Shown: positions 61,604-64,000 of the stretch, one piece after another | Layout: each line of letters opens with the position of its first letter | How positions within the stretch are numbered: position 1 is the first letter of the stretch | NCBI GenBank assembly: GCA_050998915.1 | Contig: JBPCPS010000141.1 | Coordinates: 5,878 to 69,877 of the forward strand | DNA: 64,000 bases | Direction of reading: 5' to 3' | From: Gemmatimonadaceae bacterium | GTDB taxonomy: Bacteria > Gemmatimonadota > Gemmatimonadetes > Gemmatimonadales > Gemmatimonadaceae | The notes under the pieces: generated by a model | Database searches by the model: none | What the model was told of the DNA's origin: nothing | What the model saw: the letters and a program-made list of their open reading frames with translations, nothing else | Made by a program: the position numbers and the translations under genes

Positions 61604-64000
61604 TCAAAAGCGCCAGCTGCGAAAAATATCGACGCCCAGCTGCGGCGGTGTCTGCTGAAATCCTCTCGCAGCGGTCGTGCCCGCGCACGCCAGCTCGCCC
61701 GACCCTGGCTCGATACCGCCCTCCGCCGTGAAAGTGCTGCTGATCCTGTACTCCAGCCTGAGTCCGAGGTTCTCCGCGAAATTCGCCCGGCAAAGACCCG
61801 TGCTCAGCCCCAGGAACCACCGCTCGCTCAACTGCTTGCCGAGGATCACGCGCGTTGTGAAGAGACTGCTGAGATACGAGCTGGTGGATCCTCCCGCGCT
61901 CCCTTCTCCGCCGATCGTGCCCGTCTGCACTTCCACGATGTCGAATACGCTGCGCGGAATTCTGCTGCTGATGAACGTGCCCGCCAGCCGCCCTCCGATC
62001 GTGAGCAGTTGCTCCGTGTACTGCGACGAGCTGTTGCTCAGCGCGAACGCCGGCTCGCCCGTGACCAGATAGCTCAACAAGTCGGACTGCGAGAGCGGTA
62101 AGCTGTCCGCGCTCGCGAGCGACAGCACCGGCGCGCCGAGCGTTCCGGTAATGGCCACGAGCACGCGGACGTCTTCGCGGTTGAAGCTCTGCCGCGGGCG
62201 GCGAACCGTGTGAATCGCGCGGATGTCGAGCGACGGATTTACTTCCGGCTCGCCGAAAAAGCGGAGCGTCCCGCGTTCGACTCCGAACGTCGGCTGCACG
62301 ACGCCGAGGTTCAGCACGTACGTGCCCCGCTCGGCGTTCAACGTTCCGGCGAGCGCGAGCTGTGGCGTCGCAACCGATGCTCCCGTAACCGCCGCCTCGG
62401 TGCGTCCGCGCACGAGGCCGAGCTCACCGCCGAGCTTGATGTTCGCCTCGGACGAGCGCAGCCACACGTTCTCCCCCACCGTCACCGAGACGTTGTCCAA
62501 CGTCAGGTTCGTGGCGAAGGCGCTCGGCACTTTTGGCAGGAAGCGGCGCGCCTGCAGCAGCGTGGAATCCACCAGCCCGGAAAACTCGGGGTCGTCGAGA
62601 TCGATGACTTCCTTGCCGAGGAGTTCCGGCAGAAACACCGTGCCCTCGTTCACGACCAACCGGCCGCGCAACACCGCGGCATCGTAGTCCCCGAGCAGCC
62701 GAACCTCGGGACCGGTGGAAACGTCCAGCGTCGCGACGCCCGGCCGCTGCAGCGCCCGGAAATGATCCGCTCGCACGCGGACGTCGAACTTCGGTCGCGT
62801 GTACGTGCTCAGGTCGATGTTGCCGAGTACCGCGGCGTCTCCAATGCGCCCGCCACCGCGCGGCGTGTGCACCGTCAACCCGCGGATGTAGAGCGTGTCC
62901 TGCACCAGCTCGATGTCGCCGTCGAAATTTTCGTACGCCACGCCCGTTGCGGGGATGACGAAGCGGCCATCGGTCACCTTCAGCGTGCCGTTCAGCACGG
63001 GCTGAAAGACAGGACCCGCCGCGCTGAGGTTGATGTCGAGGGCGCCGCGCGCGTTCCGGACCGGGAGCACGCTCTGCACGAAGGACAGGTCGACGCCCGA
63101 GCTCAACACTGTCCCGCGCACCGAGTCATTCGCCACCCGCAGCCCCTGCACGAGGAGAGTGCCGGCCGAGCGGTCGGGCGCGGTACCTTCCCTCGTGAGC
63201 AGCTCGAGTCGCAGAGAGTCCACATCGACGAGATCGCGCGCGAGCGTGATCATCGCGGGCGAAGTCAGCCGGTAATAATGGGCGCTGTCGGCCGCGACCG
63301 ACGCACTGTCGAGCGCGACGAGCAGCGTATCACCCCGCCGCTCGGTGCGCGCGGCCAGCCGCGTGCTTGCCCCGCTGTTGGCGATCAACGTAGCCGACGC
63401 GGTTCCCCACCCGGAGGCGCTCTGGTCCGTCGCGGCTTCCACCGATGCGAGCCGGATCCGCCCGAAAGACACGGTATCGCCCCGCAGCGCGGCGGAGCCT
63501 GCCGTCACCCCATTTTCGCGCCGTACGTCGAAAGTCCCGCCGACGCGCCCGGCGCGTCGCTCTCCGACGGCAATGTCGTTGCCGGAGATGGATCCCTTGA
63601 CGGCGATCGCTTCGCCTTCCATCGTCGCCTTTCCACGCACGACCACGTCGCCCGACGCCGAGGTCTGCCCGAGATACGGTCGAAGCGCCCCGAGCGAATC
63701 GACGCTTAGGACGAAGTCGATCGCTCCATCCGACGCCGGAGTGAGCGCGACGCTACCGGTAGCCGACGCGGTCCCGGCGGGCGACACGATCCTCAGCGTG
63801 TCGATGCGGGCCATCCCGTTCGACATCGCTACCCGGGCGATAGCGCTCTCGATCGTTACCTCGTCGAGCGTGGATCGCGAGGCTGTTATCTGCACCGACC
63901 CTCGCAGATCTTCCGCGGCCGTGCCCACGAGGTCGACGTCGTACCGTGCGTTGAGCGAAGTCCGCGGTAGCTCGAGTGCGGCTAGCAGTCCTCTGGCGTT
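61604..64000 (-). CDS. tamB: Translocation and assembly module protein TamB (DUF490), C-terminal part; 5' end outside window
   Basis: Long beta-rich repetitive protein with C-terminal LSYLVTGEPAF ... motifs. The frame stays open to base 64000. Confidence 0.8.
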   Translation of the reverse strand, partial: NARGLLAALELPRTSLNARYDVDLVGTAAEDLRGSVQITASRSTLDEVTIESAIARVAMSNGMARIDTLRIVSPAGTASATGSVALTPASDGAIDFVLSVDSLGALRPYLGQTSASGDVVVRGKATMEGEAIAVKGSISGNDIAVGERRAGRVGGTFDVRRENGVTAGSAALRGDTVSFGRIRLASVEAATDQSASGWGTASATLIANSGASTRLAARTERRGDTLLVALDSASVAADSAHYYRLTSPAMITLARDLVDVDSLRLELLTREGTAPDRSAGTLLVQGLRVANDSVRGTVLSSGVDLSFVQSVLPVRNARGALDINLSAAGPVFQPVLNGTLKVTDGRFVIPATGVAYENFDGDIELVQDTLYIRGLTVHTPRGGGRIGDAAVLGNIDLSTYTRPKFDVRVRADHFRALQRPGVATLDVSTGPEVRLLGDYDAAVLRGRLVVNEGTVFLPELLGKEVIDLDDPEFSGLVDSTLLQARRFLPKVPSAFATNLTLDNVSVTVGENVWLRSSEANIKLGGELGLVRGRTEAAVTGASVATPQLALAGTLNAERGTYVLNLGVVQPTFGVERGTLRFFGEPEVNPSLDIRAIHTVRRPRQSFNREDVRVLVAITGTLGAPVLSLASADSLPLSQSDLLSYLVTGEPAFALSNSSSQYTEQLLTIGGRLAGTFISSRIPRSVFDIVEVQTGTIGGEGSAGGSTSSYLSSLFTTRVILGKQLSERWFLGLSTGLCRANFAENLGLRLEYRISSTFTAEGGIEPGSGELACAGTTAARGFQQTPPQLGVDIFRSWRF

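Noticed and set aside
1-64000. Search for rRNA, tRNA, tmRNA, RNase P or SRP RNA genes and for transposases, integrases or prophage
   Set aside because: Intergenic regions are short. The longer ones (6941-7384, 9406-9960, 61250-61603) show no cloverleaf-like or conserved RNA motifs that I can recognise by eye. No ORF has transposase or integrase motifs.

Overview
GC-rich bacterial chromosome segment with strong GC3 bias, densely packed with housekeeping genes. bamA-like, tamB, lpxL-like, msbA and lgt indicate a diderm organism; a Gemmatimonadota-like origin is an unverified guess. I saw no rRNA, tRNA, CRISPR array, transposase, integrase or prophage genes.

Recognisable genes include rho, ruvX, mltG, two thiE paralogs, tdh-kbl, an NtrY/NtrX-like two-component pair and ilvE. 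Others are PBP1A, tyrS, an LPS-type operon (PorX-like regulator, msbA, glycosyltransferases, lpxL-like), yebC-ruvCAB and queA-tgt-yajC. A tightly coupled run covers def-fmt-thiE/S/G-rsmB-PASTA-rpe-tlpA-tsaD, followed by lgt, mpl and tamB.

Main points for a second look:
1. A signal-less three-gene module at 52085-54935, divergent from mpl. It pairs a PafA/GCS2-like carboxylate-amine ligase with an M15-fold peptidase carrying an Asp-to-Asn ligand change and a class A beta-lactamase-fold hydrolase.
2. A self-contained sigma54-type unit (upstream inverted pentamers, IHF-like site, TGGCAC-N5-GTGC promoter, 50-codon ORF, terminator) directly upstream of a coupled HExxH peptidase and Ddl-like ATP-grasp pair.
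3. Apparent lesions in three conserved genes: an in-frame TAA in a NYN-LOTUS gene, an in-frame TAG in a glycosyltransferase, and a RuvB Walker A that reads GQP instead of GKT.
4. Several families of intergenic palindromic (MITE/REP-like) elements and GCCAACA/GCCAATA heptamer arrays.
5. A (GCCGGT)n tract inside the histidine-kinase ATPase domain.
6. Three genes whose conserved N-termini can only be reached from CTG starts.
7. A kinase-less PASTA protein sitting where PrkC sits in Firmicutes.

All domain calls come from reading motifs in the supplied translations by eye; no database search was run.
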